Assembly (NCBI GenBank): GCA_017941345.1
Contig: JAGAWQ010000007.1
Location: forward strand, 39,108-103,107
Source: Prevotella sp.
GTDB lineage: Bacteria; Bacteroidota; Bacteroidia; Bacteroidales; Bacteroidaceae
Direction: 5' to 3'
DNA: 64,000 bases
A model generated the notes under the pieces. That model did no database searches. It was not told where the DNA came from and saw nothing but the letters and a program-made list of their open reading frames with translations. The translations under genes were made by a program, and so were the position numbers. This document shows, in pieces, positions 36,061 through 51,634 of this stretch; position 1 is the stretch's first letter, and every line of letters begins with the position of its first letter.

Positions 36061-38712
36061 ATGAAGAAAATTACAGTCATTGCTGTCTTCGCCTTGTTAG
36101 CCATTACGGCTATGGCTCAACGAGTCAGTATCCAAACAGGAAAGAAAGGATCAGCACGTGAGCAATATGCTGTAGAATACCTGCAGAAGAAATTAACCGA
36201 GATGGGCTATACCGTCAGTCCCAAGAAAGCAGACTGCAAGATCACGCTTTCGAACGCAAACAGCGGAACAGCAGAAGGTTATACGATAGCCAAGAATAAG
36301 AAGGGTATCACGGTGACGGGCAATGACGCCACAGGTGTTATCTATGGTTGTGTAGAACTGGCTGAGCGCATCAAAACGACTGGCTCGTTGGACATTCAGC
36401 CCGTGACTGAAACACCAGGTATGGTGATGCGAGGCACGTGTATCGGATTGCAGAAAACGGTGTATCTGCCTGGACATGCTGTCTATGAGTATCCCTACAC
36501 GCCAGAGAACTTCCCTTGGTTCTACGACAAGGCTGAATGGGTGAAATACCTCGACATGATGGTGGAAAACAAATACAACTCGCTATACCTTTGGAACGGA
36601 CATCCCTTTGCCTCGTTAGTGAAGCTGAAGGACTATCCCTTTGCCCTAGAAGTAGATGAGGAGACATTTAAGAAGAACGAAGAAATCTTCTCATTCCTCA
36701 CCCATGAAGCCGACAAGCGTGGCATCTGGGTGATTCAGATGTTCTATAATATCATTCTGAGCAAACCTTTTGCCGACCATTATGGACTGAAGACACAAGA
36801 CCGTCATCGTCCCATCACACCGCTGATTTCCGATTATACACGCAAGTCCATCGCCGCTTTCATCGAAAACTATCCCAATGTGGGACTGCTGGTTTGCTTG
36901 GGTGAGGCGATGGCAACTATCGACGATGATGTCGCATGGATGAAGGAGACCATTATACCAGGCATCAGAGACGGACTGAAGGCCAGTGGTAGAACGGATA
37001 TTCCCCCTGTGGTGCTGCGCTCGCACGATACAGACGGTCCTTTGGTACTGAAAGAATCACTTCCCCTTTACCCCAACATCTATACGATGTCGAAATATAC
37101 GGGCGAGTCGCTGACCACCTATCAGCCCGGCGGACCTTGGGGTGAGACACATCGTCAACTGGCAGAGGCTGCTCCTGTCCATATCGACAATGTACATATC
37201 CTGGCTAATCTGGAGCCTTGGCGCTGGTCGTCGCCTGCCTTCATTGAGAAAACGGTACAGGCCATGCATCGCGTACACCACTCCAAGGGTCTCCACCTTT
37301 ATCCGCAGGCCTCTTACTGGGACTGGCCCTATACGGCAGACAAACTGCCTAATGGTGGACGCCAGAAGCAGTTGGACCGCGATTGGATGTGGTATCAGGC
37401 CTGGGGACGCTATGCGTGGAATGACCAGCGTGGCGAGGATAAAACCTACTGGAAGCAAGTGCTGGCAGAATACTACGGTATCGACGCCATCGCTGCAGGT
37501 CATCTGCTGAATGCCTACGACGAGGCTGGCGAGATAGCCCCCAAGCTCTTGCGTCGCTTTGGTATCACAGAGGGCAACCGTCAGACGCTGCTTTTAGGTA
37601 TGACGATGGGACAGTTGGTGAATCCTTATAAGTACACCATCTATCCGGGTTTCTACGAGAGCTGCGGCCCTGAGGGTGAGAAACTCATCGAGTATATCGA
37701 AAAAGAATACAACGGACAGCCGCACAAGGGCGAGCTGCCTTTCGACATCGTAGACCAATGTGTGAATCATGGTGACCGTGCCCTCGTCGAGATGGCAGCG
37801 ATTACTGCCAAGCCCACCCGTCATGCTGACGAGTACCAGCGTGTGTGGAACGACTTCCGCTGCTATGCCATGTTTGCCAAAGCTTTCCAGTTGAAGGTGC
37901 GTGCTGCCGCTGAGGTGCTACGCTATAAGTGGACGAAGGATATCACCCATCTGGAGTCAGCAGTGAAATGGCTGGAACAGAGTAACAGCACTTGGAACGA
38001 CCTGTGTCAGCTGACCGACGAGACCTACCTTTATGCCAACTCCATGCAGACTGCCCAGCGCCGTGTGCCCGTAGGCGGCGATGGTGGTAAGATGAAGACA
38101 TGGAGCGAGCTGGCTGTGGTCTATCAGGCAGAGCTCGATGCCTTTAAGACCCACATTGATAAGATAAAGCATCCTGTGGCTCAGACGGATGTCAAGATTC
38201 AGCCGCTCCAACCCGCCAAGGTGAAGCTGGTTGCTGCAACACAGCAACAGACAGTAACACTCCAGAAGGGTGCTATCCTTTTTGAGAAGCGTCCTGACAC
38301 CCCTGTCGATAGCGTTGCTCCGGAACTGGTGGGGTTACAAGCCCTCGTGCTGAACCGTGACACCACCCGTCTTGTTGGAACCACCATCGAGTATGAGAGT
38401 GAGCAGCCCGTCAAGTTGCTCGTGGGTCTCTTCAAGGATGACGACAAGAAATTTGCCAAAGCCCCAAAACTGGAGATTGATGCTACAGGCAATGAGTACG
38501 GTCAGGCAGAACCCGTGCTGACCAATGCCATCAGTATCGTGCAGATGCCTAAGGTCAATATTCACCAATACGCACTGCCAGCAGGCAAATTAGTGCTCCG
38601 TCTGCCCAAGGGAATCCTCATGGTAGCAGGTTTTACCCATAGTGACATCAAACCTCGCGACTGTGGACTGAATGGTCCGTCAAGTGAGGTAGACTGGCTG
38701 TTTTTAAAGTGA
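36061..38712 (+). CDS. GH138-like alpha-galacturonidase (RG-II type)
   Basis: Signal peptide; YEYPYTPENFPWFYDK, LYLWNGHPF, NVHILANLEP; RG-II gene context. Confidence 0.7.
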   Translation: MKKITVIAVFALLAITAMAQRVSIQTGKKGSAREQYAVEYLQKKLTEMGYTVSPKKADCKITLSNANSGTAEGYTIAKNKKGITVTGNDATGVIYGCVELAERIKTTGSLDIQPVTETPGMVMRGTCIGLQKTVYLPGHAVYEYPYTPENFPWFYDKAEWVKYLDMMVENKYNSLYLWNGHPFASLVKLKDYPFALEVDEETFKKNEEIFSFLTHEADKRGIWVIQMFYNIILSKPFADHYGLKTQDRHRPITPLISDYTRKSIAAFIENYPNVGLLVCLGEAMATIDDDVAWMKETIIPGIRDGLKASGRTDIPPVVLRSHDTDGPLVLKESLPLYPNIYTMSKYTGESLTTYQPGGPWGETHRQLAEAAPVHIDNVHILANLEPWRWSSPAFIEKTVQAMHRVHHSKGLHLYPQASYWDWPYTADKLPNGGRQKQLDRDWMWYQAWGRYAWNDQRGEDKTYWKQVLAEYYGIDAIAAGHLLNAYDEAGEIAPKLLRRFGITEGNRQTLLLGMTMGQLVNPYKYTIYPGFYESCGPEGEKLIEYIEKEYNGQPHKGELPFDIVDQCVNHGDRALVEMAAITAKPTRHADEYQRVWNDFRCYAMFAKAFQLKVRAAAEVLRYKWTKDITHLESAVKWLEQSNSTWNDLCQLTDETYLYANSMQTAQRRVPVGGDGGKMKTWSELAVVYQAELDAFKTHIDKIKHPVAQTDVKIQPLQPAKVKLVAATQQQTVTLQKGAILFEKRPDTPVDSVAPELVGLQALVLNRDTTRLVGTTIEYESEQPVKLLVGLFKDDDKKFAKAPKLEIDATGNEYGQAEPVLTNAISIVQMPKVNIHQYALPAGKLVLRLPKGILMVAGFTHSDIKPRDCGLNGPSSEVDWLFLK

Positions 38713-38722
38713 AAAGTGAAAA

Positions 38723-45336
<6,614 letters not shown>

Positions 45337-45417
45337 TCAGCGCACACCGTTTCAAGCCCACGCCCAAGTATGCATGCCCCCCGTGTGTACTCGATTGACA
45401 CAGCCAGTCAAGAATGA

Positions 45418-46395
45418 TTACTTAATAGTGACATCAGAGAAATAGTGGTCGCGGAGTGGTTTGCTGACGGGTTTTCCTCGCAACACCACCTGATCCTGAA
45501 GGCGGATGTCAGTCGACGAGGCACCAATCTTGACGACAAAAGTGCCTGGGGCAATGTTCCATTGGCGGTGACCGTTGTTGGTATAGTAGCCCAGCTGATC
45601 AGTATAGAGCTTCACACGGACGGTCTTGGTCTTGCCAGGCTGAAGCGACACGCGGGCAAAGCCCTGCAGTTTCAGAGATGAGTTTTCTGCCAGTGAGAGG
45701 TATATCTGGACTATCTCATCGGCATCGCCGCCACCGCCATAGCCCAAATAATGCTTGGAACAGGCACCAACGCCCTTCTTCAGGTCGCCCTGTTGCAGTC
45801 CTCGAACAAACGCTGTACCCATCACGGCAGAGAGATAGGCATCCTCGCCATACGACTCTTCCAAGCGGTTGAAGCTGGGTGTACGGCACACATCGACCAT
45901 CGGTGATAGGGACAGCACACCACCCATCTTGCGCATGGCCGTACTCGTCTGGCGGGTCTTCAACTCAGCCAGTTCTGGATTGAACGAGCAGGCCTGCCCT
46001 ATCTGCTGGGGATAGATGGTAGCCCCGCGGGTGTTGATGCCCGACAGCACCTCTTCGTGGAAAAGGGCGGGAATACCGTTAGGAGTATGGTGCATCAACC
46101 AGTCTTGAACGGCAGCCACACGGTCGCGCAGCACATTGGGGTCCAGGGATTTCTGGCTGGCATATTGGGAGAAATGGCCTATCCCATTGGGAATCAGCTG
46201 GCGACACTTGGCTGTATCCAACTGTCCCTGCTCATCGAAAAGATTGTCCATAAACATACTCTTCAGCTGGGCGATGCGCTCCTCCTTTGACATCTTGGAG
46301 TAAAGTTCGTCAACCTGCTGTTCCACGTCGGCTGCGGTGTTACATCCTACCATGAGTGCGGTCATACACATCATCACAACGTATTTTTTCATCAT
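45418..46395 (-). pseudogene. GH3 beta-glucosidase/xylosidase lipoprotein with large in-frame internal deletion
   Basis: GIPALFHEE, RLEESYGED and KHY motif join directly to the Fn3-like tail DEIVQIY...LQGFARV; nucleophile and acid/base regions absent. Confidence 0.75.
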
Positions 46396-46852
46396 CAATT
46401 GATTAAATAGATTTTCTCCTTTCCTTGATAGACACACTTGACGGTAGCGCGACCCTCGACGACAGGACTGACGGTGATTTCGACTCCTGGCACATCAGCC
46501 TGAACCTTCAGCTGTGAACCAGCCTTCAGCGGAGCATACACCTGATAGTAAGTCAGGTCGGTATAGCCATTGGCATTGGTGGTGCGAATGGGGTCAGCAG
46601 GAATGACGAGGCGCTTACCATCGGCAGTAATCGTCACCTGCGGAACAACTGGAACCTGAAGGGGCTTGTCCTTCTTTGAGAAGCCGATGCCATGCAGGTT
46701 AAAGAGTTTGTCGATACCTCCTTCTGCCACCAGGTAGATGGCATGCTTGCCCGTCAGACCCTCTACAGCGGGAACAGCGGCAGATATGGATTCTGGGCGT
46801 TCGCTGTGCCTACAGCCAACAGCGTCAACAGTTGAATAATTAGCTTTTTCAT
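46395..46852 (-). pseudogene. Remnant of a secreted glycoside hydrolase (probably GH43)
   Basis: ATG at 46852 gives MKKLIIQLLTLLAVGTANAQNPYLPL then a stop; another frame continues as LTGKHAIYLVAEG (CBM6-like) and C-terminus. Confidence 0.6.
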
Positions 46853-46876
46853 ACTTCTACGGTTTATTTCCGGGTG

Positions 46877-46884
46877 CAAAGTTA
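46877..46884 (-). promoter_or_regulatory. Bacteroidetes -7 promoter box
   Basis: TAACTTTG on the minus strand, 25 bp upstream of ATG 46852. Confidence 0.55.
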
Positions 46885-46952
46885 CATCAAAAAAAGGAAA
46901 CACACTTTTTCGCATGTTCCTTATACTTTTGCAGATGTTACCACCTAGCGTC

Positions 46953-47705
46953 TTACCGTTTTAAGAGGCGGACGACAAACCAGCAATGCAGGAGGAAGGT
47001 CTGGACGTAGCCATAGTGGGTGGCCATCACATGGAAGCGTTCAAAGAGGGAGTCGCGATGATGCTGAGTGGTGTCCCCACCCTCCTCGAAGTTGGCCACA
47101 ATGACGTTGGCATTGACCAGAGGTAGGCCCAGGCGGTCGGCCTCTTTCATAATGCGGATGCACCAGTCGACATCGGCAGAATGGCGATACTGGAGGTTGT
47201 AAGGGAACCGACGGGCAATGTCGAGACGGGCATAAAAAGCCTGATGGCATACAAGCATTCCTTTCTTGAAAGAACGCCACGTGAGCGTCTGGGGAGGACG
47301 ATGGCGACGCAGGTGCAGGAAACGCCCCTCGCTGTCGGTGATGGCAGTATCGCCATAGACAACAGCAGGCGACTGGAAACCAGCGGCTTTGACCACACAT
47401 TCCAACGTATCAGGGGCGTAGAGCGAGTCGCCGGCATTCAGAAAGACGACATAGTCGCCCGTAGCCTTCTGCAGCCCTTTGTTCATCGCATCGTACAGGC
47501 CTTTATCGGGTTCTGACTGTATGATGACCTCATGGGGGCTCTCAGTCTTGTACTGTTCAGCGATACGGACGGTATCGTCGCTCGAAGCACCGTCGATAAT
47601 CAAGTGCTCGACATGCGGATAGGTCTGACAACGCACGCTGTCCAGGGTGCGTTGCAGGGTACGTCCTGCATTATAGGTGATGGTTATGATGGACAGGCGT
47701 ATCAT
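46953..47705 (-). CDS. GT2 glycosyltransferase
   Basis: SIITITYN, IIDGASSD, SEPDKGLYDAMNKG, FLNAGD. Confidence 0.9.
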   Translation of the reverse strand: MIRLSIITITYNAGRTLQRTLDSVRCQTYPHVEHLIIDGASSDDTVRIAEQYKTESPHEVIIQSEPDKGLYDAMNKGLQKATGDYVVFLNAGDSLYAPDTLECVVKAAGFQSPAVVYGDTAITDSEGRFLHLRRHRPPQTLTWRSFKKGMLVCHQAFYARLDIARRFPYNLQYRHSADVDWCIRIMKEADRLGLPLVNANVIVANFEEGGDTTQHHRDSLFERFHVMATHYGYVQTFLLHCWFVVRLLKR

Positions 47706-48973
47706 CGGTTGTGCATTTTAGGACGTCGGGCGTCTTCATATACCTCTATATATCGTTTGGCCACACTCTGCTGCGAGTAGCTATGGGCCACTTTATGCTG
47801 ACACTGCTGGCTCAAAACCGCATAGTCGGCACCATCGAGCACATAACGGATGCCTGCTGCCAAGTCGTCAGTTTGCTGAAACTCGGCCACATAGCCGTTC
47901 TGCTGATGGTCTATCATCTCAGGAATACCCCCCACCTTAAAACCCACACAAGGCACACCACACGCCATCGACTCCATCAGGGTGTTAGGCAGGTTGTCCT
48001 CCAGCGAAGGCAACACAAAGACATCGGCAGCGTTATACACCTGCACGATGCGCTTAGTATCGCTGACATAGCCCAGAGGATAGGCAGGCAACGACAGTTC
48101 TCTTGCCACATCCTCAGCATGACCGCCAAGGATAGCCACCACGGTGTTCTGCTTCATCTCAGGATGCTGTTCGGCCAGCAGACGCAGCGCATCGACGAAA
48201 TAGCTCATGCCCTTACGCGGGTCGGTGACCCGTTGCGACACAAAGAGGATGATGCGTTTGTCGGCAGGCAACGACAGTTGCTGACGGCACGCCTGCTTGT
48301 CGACAGGACGGAAGATGCGCGTATCAATGGGATTGGGGATGCTGGTGACCCGCTGACCGTCGAGCAAAGCACTCTTTCTGGCCTCATCAGCCAGCCACTG
48401 GCTACACGCCACATAGCTGACACGATGGCCGCTGAGCATCTGCTGTTTACGCTGCCATACGCGAAGGGCCAAGTCGCCGACACCAAACTTGGGTAATATC
48501 GGGCATTTCCGACATTGCTGATGAAAAGCCTCGCAGCCACGCGCATAATGGCAAATGGCAGTAGCAGGCCAGATGTCGTGCATGGTCCATACCACCGGCT
48601 TGCCAGAAGCCAGTATCTTACAGATATTGCCCAGCGAGAGCATGCCCTGATTGATCCAGTGCAGATGAATGACATCGGCCTCCAGGAACTCAGGCAGCGA
48701 CGTGATGTCCGTTCCGATGTTGGCCATATCGAGCTCAAACAAATGACTACGACGGAAGCCCAGGTGAAACCAGATGCACAGCCGTTCCCACAGGAAGCAC
48801 CACTGGGGCCACCACCGCGAAGACAGCCCGCTGACCTGCAGCGAACCTCTCTCCTTCTCGCGCACCAGCATCTTAGCTTTCACCCCATTATTATTTAGTG
48901 CATCCATCAGTCGGTTGGCAGCAACAGCAGCTCCTCCCGTCCGCTCACTCGTATTGACAATGAGTACCCTCAT
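47702..48973 (-). CDS. GT4 glycosyltransferase (WcaC-like)
   Basis: GGAAVAA, VVWTMHD, PSLEDNLPNTLMESMACG. Confidence 0.9.
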   Translation of the reverse strand: MRVLIVNTSERTGGAAVAANRLMDALNNNGVKAKMLVREKERGSLQVSGLSSRWWPQWCFLWERLCIWFHLGFRRSHLFELDMANIGTDITSLPEFLEADVIHLHWINQGMLSLGNICKILASGKPVVWTMHDIWPATAICHYARGCEAFHQQCRKCPILPKFGVGDLALRVWQRKQQMLSGHRVSYVACSQWLADEARKSALLDGQRVTSIPNPIDTRIFRPVDKQACRQQLSLPADKRIILFVSQRVTDPRKGMSYFVDALRLLAEQHPEMKQNTVVAILGGHAEDVARELSLPAYPLGYVSDTKRIVQVYNAADVFVLPSLEDNLPNTLMESMACGVPCVGFKVGGIPEMIDHQQNGYVAEFQQTDDLAAGIRYVLDGADYAVLSQQCQHKVAHSYSQQSVAKRYIEVYEDARRPKMHNR

Positions 48974-48998
48974 ACCTTAATTATATATAATTTAGGCA

Positions 48999-49057
48999 CA
49001 AAGATACTAATTTCTCTAAACTCTGAGCACTATTCTCTAAACTTTTTTGTATCTTTG
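48999..49057. promoter_or_regulatory. Divergent Bacteroidetes promoters
   Basis: TATCTTTG on minus (49006-48999) and plus (49050-49057) strands. Confidence 0.6.
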
Positions 49058-49090
49058 TTGCATAAATGCAGTGAAAAATAAGAAAAGAGT

Positions 49091-49558
49091 ATGGAAAAAA
49101 GAGATTTTATGCTGAGAGCCATCGAGCTTTCTGAAAACAGCGTGAAGAATGGTGGCGGACCATTTGGTGCCGTCATTGTGAAGGATGGTGAGATTGTGGC
49201 AGAAGCCTCCAACTGCGTCACCATTGACAACGACCCGACAGCCCATGCGGAGGTCAGCGCCATCCGTAAGGCAACGAAGAAGATGGGCACCTACGACCTG
49301 CAAGGCTGCGAGATATACACGTCGTGCGAACCCTGTCCCATGTGTCTGGGAGCTATCTACTGGGCACACATCGACAAGATTTACTATGCCAACGACCGCA
49401 AGGACGCTGCCCGCATAGGCTTTGACGACGACTTCATCTATCAGGAGTTGGAGCTGAAACCCCAATACCGCAAGAAGCCCAGCGAGATATTCATGCAACA
49501 GGAAGCCCGCAGGGCCTTCGACATGTGGATGAAGAAAGACGACAAAACGGAGTACTAA
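49091..49558 (+). CDS. Nucleoside/guanine deaminase (CDA fold)
   Basis: GGPFGAVIV, AHAE, CEPCPMC. Confidence 0.9.
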   Translation: MEKRDFMLRAIELSENSVKNGGGPFGAVIVKDGEIVAEASNCVTIDNDPTAHAEVSAIRKATKKMGTYDLQGCEIYTSCEPCPMCLGAIYWAHIDKIYYANDRKDAARIGFDDDFIYQELELKPQYRKKPSEIFMQQEARRAFDMWMKKDDKTEY

Positions 49559-49643
49559 AGTGTTAACAACTGTTGTTATCGCACACAAAGAATTGATTTA
49601 AATCAAGAGAAAGGCATTTTTTTGAGAAAAAAGTTCAGAAATG

Positions 49644-49674
49644 TTTGTGTATAACAAAAAACATCGTACCTTTG
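49644..49674 (+). promoter_or_regulatory. Consensus Bacteroidetes promoter with no downstream ORF
   Basis: TTTG 49644-49647, 19-bp spacer, TACCTTTG 49667-49674. Confidence 0.75.
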
Positions 49675-49679
49675 CATCG

Positions 49680-49993
49680 TCAAACAAAGACAAACACTTG
49701 ACTAAGTGAAGTCGAGTTCAGTTAATAGATTGTTTTAGGTTAGTAGTAATATTTATAGTTTTAGGTTTTTAGTTATTGGTAAAAAGAAAGTTTTAAATGT
49801 GTGAAAAACAGTGGGCACCGTGAGGCGGTCATAACTTTCTTTTCTTTTAGACTGTTAGTAAAAAAATAACATATTCCTGCTGAGAGGCAGGCCTTCCGGT
49901 TTAAAAGCCGGAACATAGTTTTAGAAAAAGGATTTTTAGTTAAACATAGGCTTTTGGATGCCGCTGCTCGATGATGAGTAGCGGTATTTTTTT
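49680..49993 (+). ncRNA. Candidate ~310-nt sRNA
   Basis: Bounded by a consensus promoter and an intrinsic terminator; several small GC hairpins; six TTTTAG motifs. Confidence 0.6.
49958..49993 (+). terminator. Intrinsic terminator
   Basis: atgccgctgctc pairs with gagtagcggtat, followed by T7. Confidence 0.8.
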
Positions 49994-50465
49994 ATCGTTC
50001 TATCAGCGCTACGGCATAGGCAGAGATGCCCTCCTGACGACCTGTGAAGCCCAGCTTCTCAGTAGTCGTAGCCTTGATGGAGATAGCATCTACGTCGCAT
50101 CCGATGACCTGAGCCATACACACCTGCATAGCAGGGATGTGCGGATTCATCTTCGGACGTTCAGCACATATCGTGGCGTCGATATTCACCAGCCGGTAGC
50201 CCTTGGTGGCTATCAGCTCTATCGTCTTCTTCAGGATAATCTTGCTGTCCATCCCGTCGGTCTCAGCCGATGTGTCAGGGAAATGATAGCCGATGTCGCG
50301 CATATTGGCAGCACCTAATATCGCGTCGCAGATGGCGTGTATCAGCACGTCGGCATCGCTATGACCCAACAGCCCTAACTCGTGTTCCAGTTTAATACCG
50401 CCCATCCAGAGGTCGCGTCCTGCCACCAGCTGATGGACATCATAGCCCATTCCTACTCTAATCAT
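49992..50465 (-). CDS. ispF: 2-C-methyl-D-erythritol 2,4-cyclodiphosphate synthase
   Basis: GYDVH, GHSDADVLIHA, DIG.HFP, KATTTEKLGFTGR.EG. Confidence 0.97.
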   Translation of the reverse strand: MIRVGMGYDVHQLVAGRDLWMGGIKLEHELGLLGHSDADVLIHAICDAILGAANMRDIGYHFPDTSAETDGMDSKIILKKTIELIATKGYRLVNIDATICAERPKMNPHIPAMQVCMAQVIGCDVDAISIKATTTEKLGFTGRQEGISAYAVALIER

Positions 50466-51625
50466 TTTCTAAACAAGTCTTTAATGCCGTCCATATCGAA
50501 GGCCAGCGTGAAACGAAGTGTCTGGTCAAGCGGGTTGGTCTTGGCCGTAGCAATAACATAACCTACGTCGAGCGAGAACACACTCATGCGGAAACCGCCA
50601 CCCACCGTGAAGTATTTACGATTACCCTTGTTCTCGGACTCGTGGTGATAACCGGCACGTAGCGAGAACTGGTCGTGATAGACGTACTCAGCACCAATGC
50701 TCCACTGTATCTCCTCCAGCTCTTCCTTGAAGCCGCCAGGGGCATCGCCGAAACTCTTGAAGATACCGGCAATGGAGCCCAGGTCATTATACTCGTTCAT
50801 GACACGCTGCTGGTAATCCTCTGTCGACTCACCGTCGTTCTGCTTGGGAACGGTAGGCACCAACAGCTTGTTGGCATCGGCAGCAATAGTGAAGCGGTTA
50901 TACTCATCAACAGGCACCATCAGCGACGCACCAAGACGCAGGTTGGCAGGGATGAAGTTAGAACGGTCGTCGCCAAAATACTTAATCTTGCTACCCACAT
51001 TCGAGATATTCAAACCCAAACCCAGCTGGCACTCACGCGAGCCGATATTCACATAGTTCTGATAGTAGCAGGCCAAGTCGGCAGCGAAGGCTGACGCAGG
51101 GCTGGCATTCTCCGTATAGTCATAGCGCAGGTCGCTGTACAGCCAGCGGATGGCAGCAGCAATAGAGAACTTCTCGCTTAGCATCAGCGAGGCACCCACG
51201 TCGAGCGACATCTCGTAGGGCTTCACCGTCATAGCGTTCTCCGCGGTCGATGTCATCACCTCGCCCAGCGAGAAGTAGCGCAACGAGCCGCTGACGGCTG
51301 CATAGTCGCCAATGCGGTAATAACCAGCAACATAGGCCAGGTCGATGTCGTTGACCAGCTGACGCAGCCAAGGGGTATAGTTCAGCGCAATACCCGCACG
51401 ACTGATGCAGAACGGATACTTGGCAGGGTTCCAGTACTGCGAGTTCACATCAGGGTCGGTGGCCGCGCCCACATCGCCCATACCCGCAGCACGGGCGTCA
51501 GGAGCTATCGTCTGCGAGATGACAGCGTGCTCAATGGGATTGAACTGGCTCTTCGTGTCCTGGGCGTGTAAGATGAGTCCCAGAAGCAGGCACACGGCCG
51601 TTATTACTATCCTTGTTGTCTTCAT
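50462..51625 (-). CDS. porV: Type IX secretion outer-membrane shuttle PorV
   Basis: IAPDARAAGMGD, YWNPAKY, YTPWLR; porU-porV-ispF synteny. Confidence 0.92.
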   Translation of the reverse strand: MKTTRIVITAVCLLLGLILHAQDTKSQFNPIEHAVISQTIAPDARAAGMGDVGAATDPDVNSQYWNPAKYPFCISRAGIALNYTPWLRQLVNDIDLAYVAGYYRIGDYAAVSGSLRYFSLGEVMTSTAENAMTVKPYEMSLDVGASLMLSEKFSIAAAIRWLYSDLRYDYTENASPASAFAADLACYYQNYVNIGSRECQLGLGLNISNVGSKIKYFGDDRSNFIPANLRLGASLMVPVDEYNRFTIAADANKLLVPTVPKQNDGESTEDYQQRVMNEYNDLGSIAGIFKSFGDAPGGFKEELEEIQWSIGAEYVYHDQFSLRAGYHHESENKGNRKYFTVGGGFRMSVFSLDVGYVIATAKTNPLDQTLRFTLAFDMDGIKDLFRK

Positions 51626-51634
51626 AATCCTATT

